Positions 14,378 through 28,066 of a stretch of 64,000 bases of DNA are shown piece by piece. Numbering within the stretch: position 1 is the first letter of the stretch; each line of letters begins with the position of its first letter. This stretch comes from Eledone cirrhosa. Taxonomy: Eukaryota. The position numbers were made by a program, and so were the translations under genes. The stretch covers positions 179,366,001 through 179,430,000 of the forward strand of contig OZ024740.1 of assembly GCA_964016885.1 (NCBI GenBank), given 5' to 3'. The notes beneath the pieces are model-generated. The model saw only the letters and a program-made list of their open reading frames with translations. It was not told the origin of the DNA and did no database searches.

Positions 14378-16225
14378 CATAGATATACGTACACGCACTT
14401 ATATTACATATTTACTCGTTTATGTAAATATAGGTTGGGTGAGGTTTTGAGTTTCTGAAAGCGCATATGTCTGTTCAAATGATATTTTATTCTACACCCG
14501 AAACAATCAGAAAACATACAATGCTATTTCGTTCAGCATAGCTTTAGATTGAAAGACATTAGATCAAGCTCTCGTTTTAAATTCTCTTTATTCTTGATTG
14601 TCAGTACGTATACAAGCTGACAAAATGAATATGACAATAAGGAATACTTGTCACGAACAAACCTAGAAACGCTTAGAATGACTAAGAAATAAATTGACAT
14701 TTAAAGATGGAATCTCAGCCCAACTTAGCCACAACGAGGTCATTTTAAATGAACATTAGGGAGATTGAGATTAAGACATTCGGTGATGTCTATGTGTGAA
14801 GCAATATTGATTTGATGTGAAAATATTAATTCTCGTGAGCCAAAGATTCTGACTTTTCAATACGAGTTGATCGCTGGCATATTACAAGAACAAAGATGCC
14901 TGTATTGCATCTATTGAACACTCAGAGAGAAACTCCATGGAAATTTGGAAGCTGTGTGAGATACATAGCGTATATTTATTAAGTGCATCTGATGTATGAA
15001 AAGCAATATAATATGAATAAGAAAAAAGAAGAAAGGAATAAAATATAACAAAGAAAAAAAAATGAAGGAAATATATTTTTATATGAAATGAAATGTTCAC
15101 CAAGAACAGAATCGGTGGATAAATGACAGGTGTTTTATCTTCGCAGTCACAATATGACAAATATTCGGTATAATGGCATTGGAGTAATTGTACACAGGTC
15201 TCGTTGTCTGTCAGTCACATGTGCTTGCAATTTTACAGTTCAATCTGAACTCTACTAATCAAAATGCTTTTGACATAGACATATTATATGCATTAGATAA
15301 ATAAAAGAATTATATCTATGTAGATTCTTCCCTTTTAAAAATCGACCTGCATCAAATTATGTATGTTGGATGAGTCTGCAACATATATTTGAAATGTTGC
15401 TAGTCAAGTGGGTTTCAAATACAAATAGTTGTTGCTGAAAACTTTCATGTTCTTATTACACATAAATTCGTATAGAGAAACTCCTACTCCAAATGATACA
15501 AATACAGCTATTCTTCAGAAATGAACTCCAACATTGGTTGAAAATTCGTAGGTGAACGGTCTTACAAAACTGGCTTTTTGTCTACATGGTACATGAAAAA
15601 AAAAAAAAAGGATCTTAGGTAATGAGTAAATTTCCTGCATACATATATGTATTCTTTCCTGTAAACGTCCTGTGGTGCTGCGAATTTAGTGTGAGCAGCC
15701 TGTTTAAAACCACACAGGCACCCACCTGCATTTAAAGGTTTTATACTAGAAACAGTCTTTTCTTTATCATCAAATAAAGCTATATCATTTGGTTGCAAAG
15801 TGGGTATCTAAGCAGCTCTATTCTGGAGAGTACTGCACTTTAGGACTCGAGAAAGTACTGATAACATGAATAAAAAATTGATTTGACTTTCCTGTCTGAA
15901 TAAAATGGAATGGCATATGGATGTTCACCTCATAACATAAATTTCCGGTTTGAATGTGCAAACACTCCTGGGTAATAAGAGATAATATAGCCCCCTCAAA
16001 TCCGGATCTTACTGGTTGCAGGATTTTTAACAGATAACGGTAGCGAAAACGTGTCGAGAAAAAGAAATTCATAACCAAAGGTAAGACAAATGACAAATGG
16101 CATATGGGTGTGTAATCGTTAACCAGTATCACATATGAAAAAAAAAGAGTTTTCTTTGCGAGAAGTTGTTGGGCATTTACATTTACGACGTAGCAATAGT
16201 TATTATCAATTCTACTTAGTATTAC

Positions 16226-17314
16226 ATTGATTTCTCCAAAGCATTCGATAGCATTCATCGACCGTCGCTCTGGAGCATCATGCATGAATATGGTCTGCCC
16301 CAGAAAGTCATTTCGGCAATCAAACAGATTTACGCAAACTCCAAGTGCTACATATGGACAGAGGATGGTTACAGGGACTGGTTTGAGGTGGTTACTGGCG
16401 TACGTCAAGGTTGCTCGCTCTCTCCAATTCTCTTTGCTATAGCCATTGACTGGCTACTAAGAAGAGTGTCTAAAGACCAGGGTATATCTTAGGTCGGAGA
16501 GCAAAAGCTGTCTGACCTGGACTTTGCGGACGATATTGCTGCACTTTCAGAGAGCACAGCTGACCTGCAAATCATTGTGAACAATATCAATGTCGAAGCA
16601 GGAAGCTTAGGTCTCAATATCAGTGCCAAGAAGACCAAAAGCATGTTATCTGGGACACACCCACCACCAACCAGTGTCTTCATTGAACAGGGGGAGGTGG
16701 AGATAGTGGACAACTTCACCTACCTAGGAAGCTCCATTAACAATGAGGGCACCATAGACAGTGAACTGCAATGTAGAATGGGAAAGGCTTCAGCAGCAGT
16801 TAACCAGCTTGACAAGATCTGGAAGAGCAGGAAGTTTACCCTCAAAACAAAGATGAGATTCTACAACAGCAACGTGCTGTCCACACTCTTGTACGGAAGT
16901 GAAACATAGCACCTTAAGACCAGCTAAGAGAAGAAGTTGGACGCATTCGATTGCAGGTGTCTGCGAAAGATCCTGGGGATTAAATGGAGTGACCATGTAA
17001 CAAACCAGGAAGTCAGGAACCGCACCAACCAGCAGCTAGTCTCTTCTACCATCTGCAAGCGACGCCTGGGCTGGTTTGGACACGCTTTGTGACTTCCCCC
17101 GGAGAGACTGGCGAACCAAGTAATTAAATGGAGCCCGCAGGGAAGCAGGCGGAGAGGGCGACCCAAAAGGAACTGGCGCCAGACAGTTGAGAGAGAGACC
17201 TGCGAGCAACAAACAGACAATGGCGGGACGCTGTGCAACTGGCTGCTGACCGAACGCGATGGAGAATATTGATTGCCTCATGCATCGCAAGACGCGGGAG
17301 CTTCTGAGTCTGAG
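16226..17314 (+). mobile_element. 5'-truncated RTE-clade LINE (second family)
   Basis: IDFSKAFDSI, GVRQGCSLSPILF, DLDFADD, FTYLGS and LLYGSET motifs; (CTGAGT)n tail; 15-bp target-site duplication tctacttagtattac at 16211-16225 and 17315-17329. Confidence 0.95.
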
Positions 17315-18819
17315 TCTACTTAGTATTACGTTCTACATGTGTAACATAACGAAGAACGCACCCCAGTGTATCCACGTATTCGAATAATTGACCGATACTA
17401 AAACCAAAAGATTGGGCCAATCAAGAAGCCTCTACGTTATATGTCAAGCAAGTTGATACATCAGCAAAACGTCCATCAAAATACACATTGTCAGATTTAA
17501 ATTTAAGTAGTACATATTGTGTACAGTAGGCAGGTGTATAATATGCTTGAACATAGTAGATTATATGGGATGGGATTGATTCCTACACGAACATGGCCGA
17601 CTTTGGCTACGTCCTCCCCTATCACATAAACAAACCCGAAACGAAATGAAACAAAATGAAACAATAAATTCAATTTTTCGTCGCATGAGGGTATGCAGAA
17701 TAAAACATCAAAGATTCAAATCCACTGTTGTGATCTCCGAAGAGCGGATGTTCCATTTATTAGAAAATGGAAACTAAAGTTAAACTTAAGGGAAATGGAA
17801 GTATTTTCGATGCATGCACACGATCTGAATAGATAAGCAGAAGCAAATGTCTCCAAGATCAGTAAACTATCATCTATATGATAACACGAGTTAAAATAAT
17901 CTTGTAACTTACTACATAAATTTAGAATCTCAAAATCCCCACAGAGAGCAGGAATTTGTGAATACTGTCAGTAACATTATAATCACCCTATGTAAAAGGC
18001 ATTTTGTATTTTCAAATAATGACAACATACATACCAGCTGAAAAAATGTTAACATCTTTTCAACAAATGTTCCACAATTCCACGAGGATATATTTAGTTT
18101 CTCCACTAATATATAATACATGATTGTTTGATGTATAACTGAGTAAATTCGTTGATAATGCAACATACGAAAAATTAGATAAAACATATATTACAGTTTT
18201 TGAAAAATTTAAGTCCATTACACAACAGTTACTTATTCTTTTCAATTGCAAGTCCAGTACTATTTTATGAATTATTTTTGTCGAACTACAATTTTGCAGG
18301 ACAAATAATTGTGTGTGTGTGATGTGTGTGTGTGTGTATATGTGTGTGTTAATCTAATATGCTACTAGTTGTTTTATACATTATAATTTATATTTAGTTG
18401 TATAGCTAATGTAATCAAGTTTTTACGTAGTTTTAGCGTATAAATTGGTATATTAATTATAGTATGCTTTTAGTTGAAAAAAAAAGAGATTATATATCTA
18501 TGGTCAGTTGGGAATAATATGGCTTTTGGTAATTTTTACTCTGATGTTTTCCTTCGGATATAATCTGCATAGAGCGATATTTTTGTGAGGGATTGTTAAT
18601 ATAGTTTCCTAAAGGTTGCGTAAAACTATTTATTTCTAATTGTACTGGCAGTGTCATATCACCTTAATGTGTGTGTGTCTGTTTGTCTGTGTGTCTTTTT
18701 TCCTATGAAAATACGTCGGAATCTGCGATGAACGACTATGCCGTAACGTGAACGATCGTACGCCAAACGCGCGTATATGCACACCTGCCGCTGGCCAGCT
18801 CTGTTGGTAAAAGGGGAGT

Positions 18820-19018
18820 TGGCCCTAGGGCCAAGGACACCAGACGTCTCCACAGCCAAGGGCACGATCCCGAACCTGTCGGAGAGCGACATGTACTTGG
18901 AGAGTTTGGCCTCCTCAGCCCGACGTGCAGCAGTACCTGGGTTTGTCGCAGACTGCACCAGGTTTTCGCTGCAAGTGGCATCCCCGACGAGGGGTTTGCC
19001 ATCGCGGAACGGGTTCAA
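18820..19018 (-). pseudogene. CRE-clade retrotransposon restriction-like endonuclease fragment
   Basis: PFRDGKPLVGDATC...AARRAEEAKLSKY...IVPLAVETSGVLGP matches the CRE RLE pattern G+.L.WD.TC ... AE..K..KY ... P.A.ET.G..G. Confidence 0.8.
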
Positions 19019-19184
19019 TGTTAGTTATATTGACATATTTGGTATATGCATTTTGGGGGTGTAGTTGGTATTATATGTTTACCCATTTCTTCTACTCGGG
19101 CTTAAGATGGTGTGGTGTATTTTTTGCTTTGTTGTCCTTGTTTACTTTTAAACACACATATACATTATATACGTATTTAGAGTT

Positions 19185-19345
19185 ATGGCTCTTTACGTTG
19201 TGAGTTCAAATCCCGCCGAGGTTAGCTTTGCCTTTCATCCTTACGCGGTTGATAAAATAAAGTACCAGTAATGCTCTGGGGTTTAATCGACTTTCCCTTT
19301 ACCACAAATCTTTTGGCATTTTGCCTAAATCAGAAACCATTAATA
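19185..19345 (+). mobile_element. Meta-like SINE copy
   Basis: gagttcaaatcccgccgagg...gcctttcatcc...gtaccagtaa core. Confidence 0.8.
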
Positions 19346-19394
19346 TTATTATCATTATTTCCATTATTATTTTTATTGCGGATCAATATTGGTC

Positions 19395-19765
19395 TACCGA
19401 GCAGAGCTCGGTGCACCTTAGGTATATATCTTTTGTATGCTGTATATATTTATAAGACCTGGGGTTTGGGCTATGTATTTGTCTGTGTGTTTTTTTATTA
19501 TCATTTCTAGAGCACCTCTTATCATATGTATTGCTTCTGTTTCCATTTTCCACATTCGAGTGAATTCTATCTCTAGTTATTTATATTTAGAGAGTTTCTC
19601 TATTTCCTTCTAAGACACATTGTTGACTCTGGAGATAGATACATCTATTAGAAGGCAGTTTTTGTGATATTTGACTATAATATCCGGTCGGTTGGCCTTG
19701 ATCTCTCTGTCTGTATATATTGGCATATCCAGAGAATGGTTGCTTTTTCATTCTCTGATACCTTC
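19395..19765 (-). pseudogene. R4/Dong 3' fragment (restriction-like endonuclease)
   Basis: Minus-strand translation ENEKATILW..TDREIKANRPDIIV..CLLIDVSI..EKLSKYK.LEIE..RMW. Confidence 0.85.
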
Positions 19766-20069
19766 TGATAACGCAACATACGAGATATTAGATAAAAACA
19801 TATATTACGGTTTTAGAAAAAAATTAAGCTCATTACACTACAATTATTTATTCAGTTCAATTACAAGTCCAGTACTTATTTCATCGATTTATTTTTGTCG
19901 AACTACAAAGTTTCGGGACTATTATTATTATTATTACTTTAAGAAAGTTACATCTTATTCCGACGTGGCTTATTAAGATTACATAACAGGTTTTTTTAGT
20001 TTTTATAGTAACAAAGCCAACACATCAGTAAATAAAGGACGAGGATCAGAAGAAAGAGAGAGAGAGAGA

Positions 20070-20113
<44 letters not shown>

Positions 20114-20243
20114 AAGAGCGAGTCAGAGAGAGAGTTGAATCTGACTATTTTCTCAAATAACATTGGTCAAAAGTTCATATTGCTGACTGGCAATTGTCTG
20201 CTAAAAATGTACTTAAACACACATATACACACATATATATATA

Positions 20244-20281
<38 letters not shown>

Positions 20282-20288
20282 TATACAT

Positions 20289-20630
20289 GCAGAAGTTATA
20301 TTTAATTTGTTGGGATTCAACAAGCTTAAACGATTTATAACTGATATAAAGCACTCAACAGCTTACTGGAATAAATATTCAATATATTAATAAATGGAAA
20401 CTATATTTATAAAATCATAATTATTTTATTATATATATTTCAAGGGCAAGCGAACTATCCAGCCAACCTTCAACCGTCAAGGTTGTTTTTCTAAGGGTAT
20501 GTCAACATTTATAAAACAAATTTTGTATTTTATCTGATGAAAGCGTACCAAAACTTCCTTGGTTGCCCTTGAAGTTATAATAAAATAATTATGGTTTTAT
20601 AAATATAGTTTCCATTTATTAATATTTTGT
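20289..20630 (-). mobile_element. Fold-back PLE-like element between TA tracts, same family as 60486-60906, with a degenerate hammerhead at 20526-20587 (+)
   Basis: Inverted arms at about 20381-20449 and 20563-20628; tattttat-CTGATGA-stem-GAAG-tta-TA-ataaaata; the tail is the reverse complement of 60811-60906. Confidence 0.75.
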
Positions 20631-20763
20631 ATACATATATATATATATATGACTCCAGTTCCTCAGTGAAATAACAACCCAACAAGGAACTGGGCATATC
20701 AGAGTATTGACAATATTATACACATCAACAACATATGTACTTGTCTATACCATACTAATTCAA

Positions 20764-20818
20764 ACTGCCTGAAGAGGTCACAGCCAAAGATGGCTGTCAC
20801 TGAAATATATATAGCAGT
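20764..20818 (+). ncRNA. Type I hammerhead ribozyme, intact core
   Basis: actgc-CTGAAGA-ggtcacagcc(aaagat)ggctgtcact-GAAA-tatata-TA-gcagt, then AATAAA. It sits in a ~210-bp segment flanked by (TA)n on both sides. Confidence 0.85.
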
Positions 20819-20886
20819 AATAAACGAAGCTAAATTTTAATCATTTGACTTTTATTTAACTTTATATATATATATATATATATATA

Positions 20887-22603
20887 GTGAAAGAATGAAG
20901 AGTAACATGGTTGGCTTTACAATAAGGGGCTTTGTTTCATGTACTGACAATTGTTTCGTTGATCAGGTGAGTCTAGAGGTCGTTAATCGGTTGAAGTTGC
21001 GTCACTCGATCTCCAATACATTATTAACTTCCAATACATACATAAAATCAACCACAAAAATATCTCTAAAGAAATTAACCTACCAACATACACCATAGCA
21101 CCAAATACAAAACGCAAACACATAACAACATCACAATCACAAACACATCGGGGCGCATCACAACAAAACACTAATAGGCCTAAATCACAACCCACCCACA
21201 ACAACTTACAAAACCGCATCGGAGAACCTGCACACAGAAAAACCTCAAATTGTAATTGTTACCTACCGGATAAGTGCCCACTACAGAATAGATGCCTGGA
21301 TTCAAGTATGGTATACCTGTGTACAGTAGATTCAGGCAACTCTGCTTAGCACTACATAGGTTGCACGACTGGGGAGTTCAAGAAAAGGTGGTACGTCCAC
21401 AGAAACTCCATGAAGAACCGTAGACTGACTGAGGAACTCTACGACACTCACCAATAAAATCTGGCATCTTAAAAACAAAAACCTAGAATATAAGATTAGC
21501 TGGTAAAAATTATCGGTAGCAGGAGCCTACAGCAACGGAATGTCCCACTGCGGACTTTATAATTTAGAACTACTCCATATTTTAAGGTACGATGGGATGC
21601 TGCTTAACAGCAAAATAGAGAGATCAATTTTCTGTAGGCATAAAATAGCTACCAGATTCACAAACTTCAAACCACCATGATTTGAACCAGCAATCCCAAA
21701 ATTAGAACTCAACCACCAATATTTTAGCATATAGAATACACACCATCGCACTGCCAACTGATCACTGGATCATAAATCTCTGAACATCTCTTTCACCCTC
21801 TTTCCCTGAAACAGCATCAACCCCATTCAGATAGAACAACCATCAAAACACACGTTTGTCAAACGTCCCTTCACAATCCAGCCCTAGCCCGTAATATCTA
21901 ATTTATTGCTTTTTCTTTTTTCTTTTATCCGTCACTACATCAGACCCTCTACATGTATCTATGTATATTTCTAATCTGTTTTCTTTCATGTTAGCACTAA
22001 ACCCACCAACGAATCCTTATAAGAACACTTACTCACCACCACCACAAACAAACTGTACTTACATGCTCTGACTTATCCTTATCTATTTCTTTACATTTTC
22101 CATTTTCTTATGTTCTTACTTTTTAATGTATTCCATCTTATCTTTTACTTTTTACTTTTTATATCTGTAACTTCTCTACCTATTTACCATATATATTTTA
22201 TTATTGATGTTATTGTTTTGATTATACGCTATTCTTCTATATATGTCTTGCCTCGAGTGAATTATTTTTATATCTACGTACTCTGATGTGTTAACCAGAG
22301 GTAAATAATGTATTGGAGATCGAGTGACGCAACTTCAATCGATTAGCGACCTCTAGACTCACCTGATCAACGAAACAATTGTTAGTACTTGAAATAAAGC
22401 CCCTTATTGTACAGCCAACTATGTTACTCTTCATTCTTTCACTATTATTACTCCAAGTATAACCTGCATAGGAATTACCGCGAACTCGCTGCATAACTAT
22501 GGAAGCATCTTGTTGAGTCAAACAAAGCCGTACGTTAAAACTATCCACGACACGGAGTACTCACAACCTCTAACTGGATTACCTATAACGATAACTTGTT
22601 ATC

Positions 22604-22605
<2 letters not shown>
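20887..22605 (+). mobile_element. 5'-truncated Penelope-like element (Naiad-like) with an inverted pLTR at the 5' end, inserted in (TA)n
   Basis: GIY-YIG remnant at 21030-21680 (CNC..CP..C, HYIG..GEFKKRWY.H, FCRHK) homologous to 53696-54178; 20887-21023 is the reverse complement of 22305-22442; ends gttatccc(TA)n. Confidence 0.9.
22278..22388 (+). ncRNA. Hammerhead motif in the pLTR with an 82-nt stem II domain; one core substitution
   Basis: gtact-CTGATGT-gttaaccag...ctgatcaac-GAAAC-aatt-GTT-agtac. The inverted copy near 20941-20970 preserves a GTC triplet. Confidence 0.7.
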
Positions 22606-22699
<94 letters not shown>

Positions 22700-22714
22700 G
22701 TGTGTGTGTGTCTA

Positions 22715-23495
22715 TGTGTACTTGAATATCTAGTGATATGCGGTATGTTTACGAATGTACATTTGAATCTATTTAGCTATGAATTTAGGCAGCTGATGAT
22801 TAGAGTCATCAGGCGGAATCCATCAGAAACAGGAGTCGGTAATCTGTCGAGGCTTGACTGATTCTGAATCTGGTCTTTATAAAGGCAGCGCTCCCACATC
22901 TTGCTCTTTCCTGGAATTCACTATATGGTTTTGATTCCTATGTAAATGGGCTGAATAGCCTGATTTGCAAAGGGAGCTGCCGGCCAGCTCGGCTTGAATA
23001 TGGGATTAAGGTATTCGCTTTAGTCACCAGCTTCCAAAATTCATAGCTAACGGTTTTCAAATATTTATTCGTAAACATGCCGTATATCATTACCAATACA
23101 GATACATATACCTCTAGGTATACAGCTATGTTGGAGCGGAAACCTTGATTGTATTTTCAGGCCGTGCAAACAGAAATCCCTATATGCAAATGAGGCTTAG
23201 CCTCCCATGTACATAGGCATTAAAACTATATATGTTCGCCTATATTGAATTCCAGCAGAGTGTAGGGTGAGAGAGCGCTCTCTTCATAATGAACGGAGTC
23301 AGAAACGGTGGTCCGTCGACAGATTACCTGACCCTGCTCTTGCTGGTAATTGCCTGATGGATCTTGTCATCAGCTTCCTAAATTCATTGTTAAAGGCTTT
23401 CAAATGTATATACGTAAACATACCGCATATTGCTAGATATACAAATGCACGTACCAATATATATATAGCTATTTCTGAGCGAACACATTAATTAT
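22715..23495. repeat. Diverged fold-back element with an internal tandem copy of its right end
   Basis: 22715-22975 is the reverse complement of about 23176-23450; 23026-23155 is a direct copy of 23368-23495. Confidence 0.7.
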
Positions 23496-23530
23496 ATATG
23501 CACATACACACACGTACCGACACACACACA

Positions 23531-23569
<39 letters not shown>

Positions 23570-23669
23570 ACACCCCCCACCCCACCCCCCGCCCACATAC
23601 ACCCCCCACACCCCCCACACACATATATATATATATGTGTGTATGTGTGTGTGTGTGTGCGTGTGAATG

Positions 23670-23930
23670 CGCGTGGCCTTGTGTTTGGGGTTCTGGATAT
23701 ACTATCCTCAAGTCACGGGTTCGATTTTTGTAGCAGATTGTGTGCCGTGTTCTTTAGCAAAACCCTTCATTTCACGTTGCTCCAGTGTACACTGCTGAGT
23801 ATGAATACCTGTAAAATCTAGTCAACTCTGTAAAATTGTAATGTTAGTGCCTCAGAAAATGCACCCAGTAAACTCTCTGAAGATGTTAGGAAATGCATCT
23901 ATCTAGCCGTAGGAACCACGCTAAATATGT
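23670..23930 (+). mobile_element. Old tRNA-derived SINE (CORE-like central domain)
   Basis: A-box-like gcgtggccttgtg, B-box-like gggttcgat, then ttagcaaaacccttcatttcacgttgctccagt. Confidence 0.6.
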
Positions 23931-24505
23931 AAAGTATAAGCAAGACAATGTCACTCGGATCTGTCTGGTCTCATAACGTGAAATATCAGTGTGAAAAGTG
24001 TAAAGAAAATGAAAATAATGGGATTTTTTGCATTTAATATCTTGCCACTTCCATTTACATGCACGAAACCGTCTTTAATACGTAGGTTTACGGGGCATGC
24101 TATGTATCTAAACTATATCTGTTTGAGGGGTCCACCAAGCCTTAATTGACGAAGGTCTATACCGGCCCCGAGGAAAGGAACAAAAGTTTCTTACATCACG
24201 AGATAGGAATGGAGGGTGAAATGTTCATCCATACAAGTATAGGTTTGGACATATAATATAGATGTAGACGGGCGTGAATATCTCTCTCCTTTGTTTACAA
24301 ACAAAGGTGCAAGAGAATAAAAAGAGAACAAATCAATGGGTGAAAATGTGACGTTAACTGATCATTGATTAGTATAATGCCAATCGGTTCGGCGACTTAC
24401 TGGGGCTACTATAATCCCACCCTAAGACAAAGAAGAAATCAATAAATAAACGACTAAGTGAATGAGGTAGCTAAGGAATCAATACTGTTCAGTACATGTT
24501 CAACG

Positions 24506-24536
<31 letters not shown>

Positions 24537-24709
24537 ATAAAAGAATTCATATATAGTAACATATATATACATACAAATGCATATCGATGCTAGCAAATAT
24601 ATAGGTTTTGTCTTAATAACATTGTGGTTCAATGCATGGGGTTGCAGAACAATAATATAAGAGACGTAAAATAAAAAAATTATAAAATTAACTTACTTAC
24701 TAAAATATC

Positions 24710-24791
24710 ACTTCCAACTAATTAGTTTCTGGAATGGAGTAGATACATCTTCCGAAGAAGGTGTAGAGAAACATCCCGTCATCAGGAAAGT
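24710..24791 (-). ncRNA. Type I hammerhead ribozyme, intact core, stem II capped by cUUCGg
   Basis: Minus strand: actttc-CTGATGA-c-gggatg...tacaccttc-TTCG-gaagatgta...cattcc-a-GAAAC-taatta-GTT-ggaagt. Confidence 0.85.
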
Positions 24792-25053
24792 CAATTCTCA
24801 TATAAGTTTCCAGGCAAAGCGAGGACACTGGAAGCTTATTAAAAAATAAATCAGTGAATAGGAAATAGCAAAGCGTGGACTTAATTCCTAGCCATTGAGA
24901 AAATCACTGCCTCTGTGTCCGTGGCAAATTCAAAAAGAATCGAGCACGTGACATCGAGGTCAATCGGTGGAAAGTGGGTTGTTAATAAGACAGCGGCCAG
25001 CCTACTACTGTAGCAGCAGTCATGGCCAGAATTGCTCGACAAAAGATTTGGAG

Positions 25054-25119
<66 letters not shown>

Positions 25120-25195
25120 TATACATATATATATGTAACCGTTAAACTAATATATTTCTCCGTTTGCTTTATTTCTATTTAATTTCTACCCCACC

Positions 25196-25232
<37 letters not shown>

Positions 25233-27497
25233 AGGTGGGGGGTGAATGTGTGCGTGTTTGTGTGTGAGTGTGATAACCTGATACTTAATTGAAAAGTTTT
25301 GAAATACAACATAAAACAACAATAGAAGGAGATAGACACCCCAGCCAATTACCTTCATAATGAAAGTCATAATAATCTTGTTTCCACAACTGAAACTTTG
25401 TTGTAATTCTTCATGTCTCGACGAACTGTTTTAGTTGTCGATCAGATTTCTCTATTGTAATTTCTCTATTCATTATAAATTCATTAGTGTCGTATTTTCA
25501 TTCCAAATCTCTAGACGGTATATTCGGGTTTTGTTTGTCTTTAAGAAAACAACTAAATAACACAGTGTGCATGTGGAATTCAATTCGTTCTATAATATTA
25601 TTTGTTTTGCACTGGGATTATAAAGCAAAAATAATCAAGATATTTCATGTCAAATCGTATATATTTTGATTTTCTCAACGGAAACTATGCATTAGTTCAT
25701 TTTGATTAAATAACATAATAGGATCAAGCCTTAAACTTTTCTTTTAGATAGGAAAATTAAATAGAGAAAATATTTTCGTTTGCGTTTAAATAAAAGTAGA
25801 TAATAATAGATGAAACTAGAAAGGTTCGGAAAAATGTAGGGCTTAACTCCCGAGTTTTGGTTTGACATACTAGATATGTTTAGAAACTGAAAAGTACATA
25901 TTCTGCGTAGTTGTTCTTTGGTAAAGTTGCCTAATATGTTCCTTCCCTTCTGTTCAACGCAATTATATATCAAACAAAGGATTTAAGTAACGCTTCTCTT
26001 CGTTATTTTTCATAAATCAAGGTTTCATATCGATTGATATTGAGATCTTACCAACTATTAACTTGGTAATAAATGATTATTTTATTAAAATTTCCTGAGT
26101 CAAAAAATGGCTTGGGAGTCTTACGTAATAGAGTATGCGAAAAAGAATTGAAGTGTCCGTGGTTCTATTCTTGTACCCCTATACCTAACATTAACCCATT
26201 GCAAAGTCGAGGACTATTGTTCAATGAATCCTTCCTTTTTGTTGCAGCTAGAATATGCCTTGTGGGAAATTTGGCTTTTATTTATTCGAGAGAATGTGGA
26301 GGGTGTTCACGTTGGCTGAGACAGAATATATACTGTTTTTGTTTTGGCCCAGATTATTCTTGGTTGAACAAATGTATAAAGAACATCGATGCAACCATAG
26401 ATATGACACGTCTCCAATTCGTAGTAGATGGTCATAGTATCCGTTGCATCATTATATATGGTTTAAGGAAGATTTGGTTGCTATGTCTTGTGAATTTGTT
26501 AAAGACGTAGGTGCTCTTCCGTTGGTTCTTTTATCATATACGTATAAACATTATGTGTACATATATCGTCTATACATGTTTTGAAAAGATGCTGTATTCC
26601 TTACCGCTCCGGCTTCTATTGGTACATATATAGTTGCTTCTTTTTAAGACCTATCTTCTCAATCTATTTAGCGTTATTTTTCAATTCATTGAATCTTACT
26701 GTCGATATCCACCTCTCCTCTAAATCTCTATGGAAATCATGATGTTATTTAGCAGGTCCAATAAATTTCTATATGGTTTGAAGAAATTCTTTAAAAATAT
26801 GTATTTTGGATTTCTGTATTTGATATTCAAGAAACGCTTGCAAATATTAAAGCCTATTAAAGATTCAGCTATATGCTTACAGCTACGACAAACCCAAAAC
26901 AACTAAAAGCTTTTGAATACTAAATACTCTTCACTAAATCTTTTCGTTCAGAAAAAATATTAAAAACATTTTCTCATCTAATCTCTGAAAGAGATAGATA
27001 ATGCAAGACTAAATATATTCATATATTTGACCGCGCATTAATAGTTATACTCACACACACATACATATATTCCCACGTGCATACATATATACATATATAC
27101 ATATATACATAAATACATACACAAATAAATAGGTACAATCATACATATATGCATATTTACATACTCATACTTACATGCAAATAACATCCGTACATATATA
27201 TTCGTGAAAGAATAAACACACAAGCAGATACACACAGACAAATATACCATCTTATAAAAATAGAGACAAACACATGGACACAGACTTACACATACACACA
27301 CAAGTTTGAAAAAACTGATTCTAATATAAACATTAAGAGCGAGCATTTCCAACCTTCGTCACAAAACTAATAAAAAGCAAATAAACACGCACGCACGCGC
27401 GCGCACACACACACACACACGCAAACACACACAGGCGCACATACACACACATACACACACACGTACACATATACAGGCACACACACACACACACACA

Positions 27498-27551
<54 letters not shown>

Positions 27552-27661
27552 TGTATGTATAGTATATTTGATATTATACTATACATACATTCATATATAC
27601 ATCGCTATTTCAGAGCACCAATACTTATATATGTCTATATATATATATGTGTGCGTGTGTA

Positions 27662-27706
<45 letters not shown>

Positions 27707-27721
27707 GTAAGTATATATACA

Positions 27722-27781
<60 letters not shown>

Positions 27782-28027
27782 GTGTAAGTGTTCATCAAAT
27801 ACATTTTAACTGCTTTATCAAATAAATTTTAACTGCAGCAAAACCATCAGTATATTATTAAGTATAAGTAGTAAAACATTAATTTCCCGCATATATAATG
27901 TTCAAGTATGAGCATATCCATTATGTGGGTTCACATTGCACAAGTGATACATTAGCACTTAATCTTTCATGTCAGTAATTGATATTGCTCCCCCCCCCAC
28001 AAACACAAACACACACCCATGCACCCC

Positions 28028-28066
<39 letters not shown>

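Larger units (their letters stand above)
18150..19920 (+). repeat. Two diverged direct copies of a ~155-bp repeat (18150-18305 and 19765-19920)
   Basis: Both carry gcaacatacga...ttagataaaa...caagtccagtact...ttatttttgtcgaactacaa. Confidence 0.7.

Noticed and set aside
22789-22842. CTGATGA...GAAACAGGAGTC hammerhead-like string
   Set aside because: No stem I pairing, and GAAA is not conserved in the opposite arm.
23872-23905. CTGAAGA-tgttag-GAAA-tgca-TC
   Set aside because: No stem I or stem II; it lies within a SINE 3' domain.
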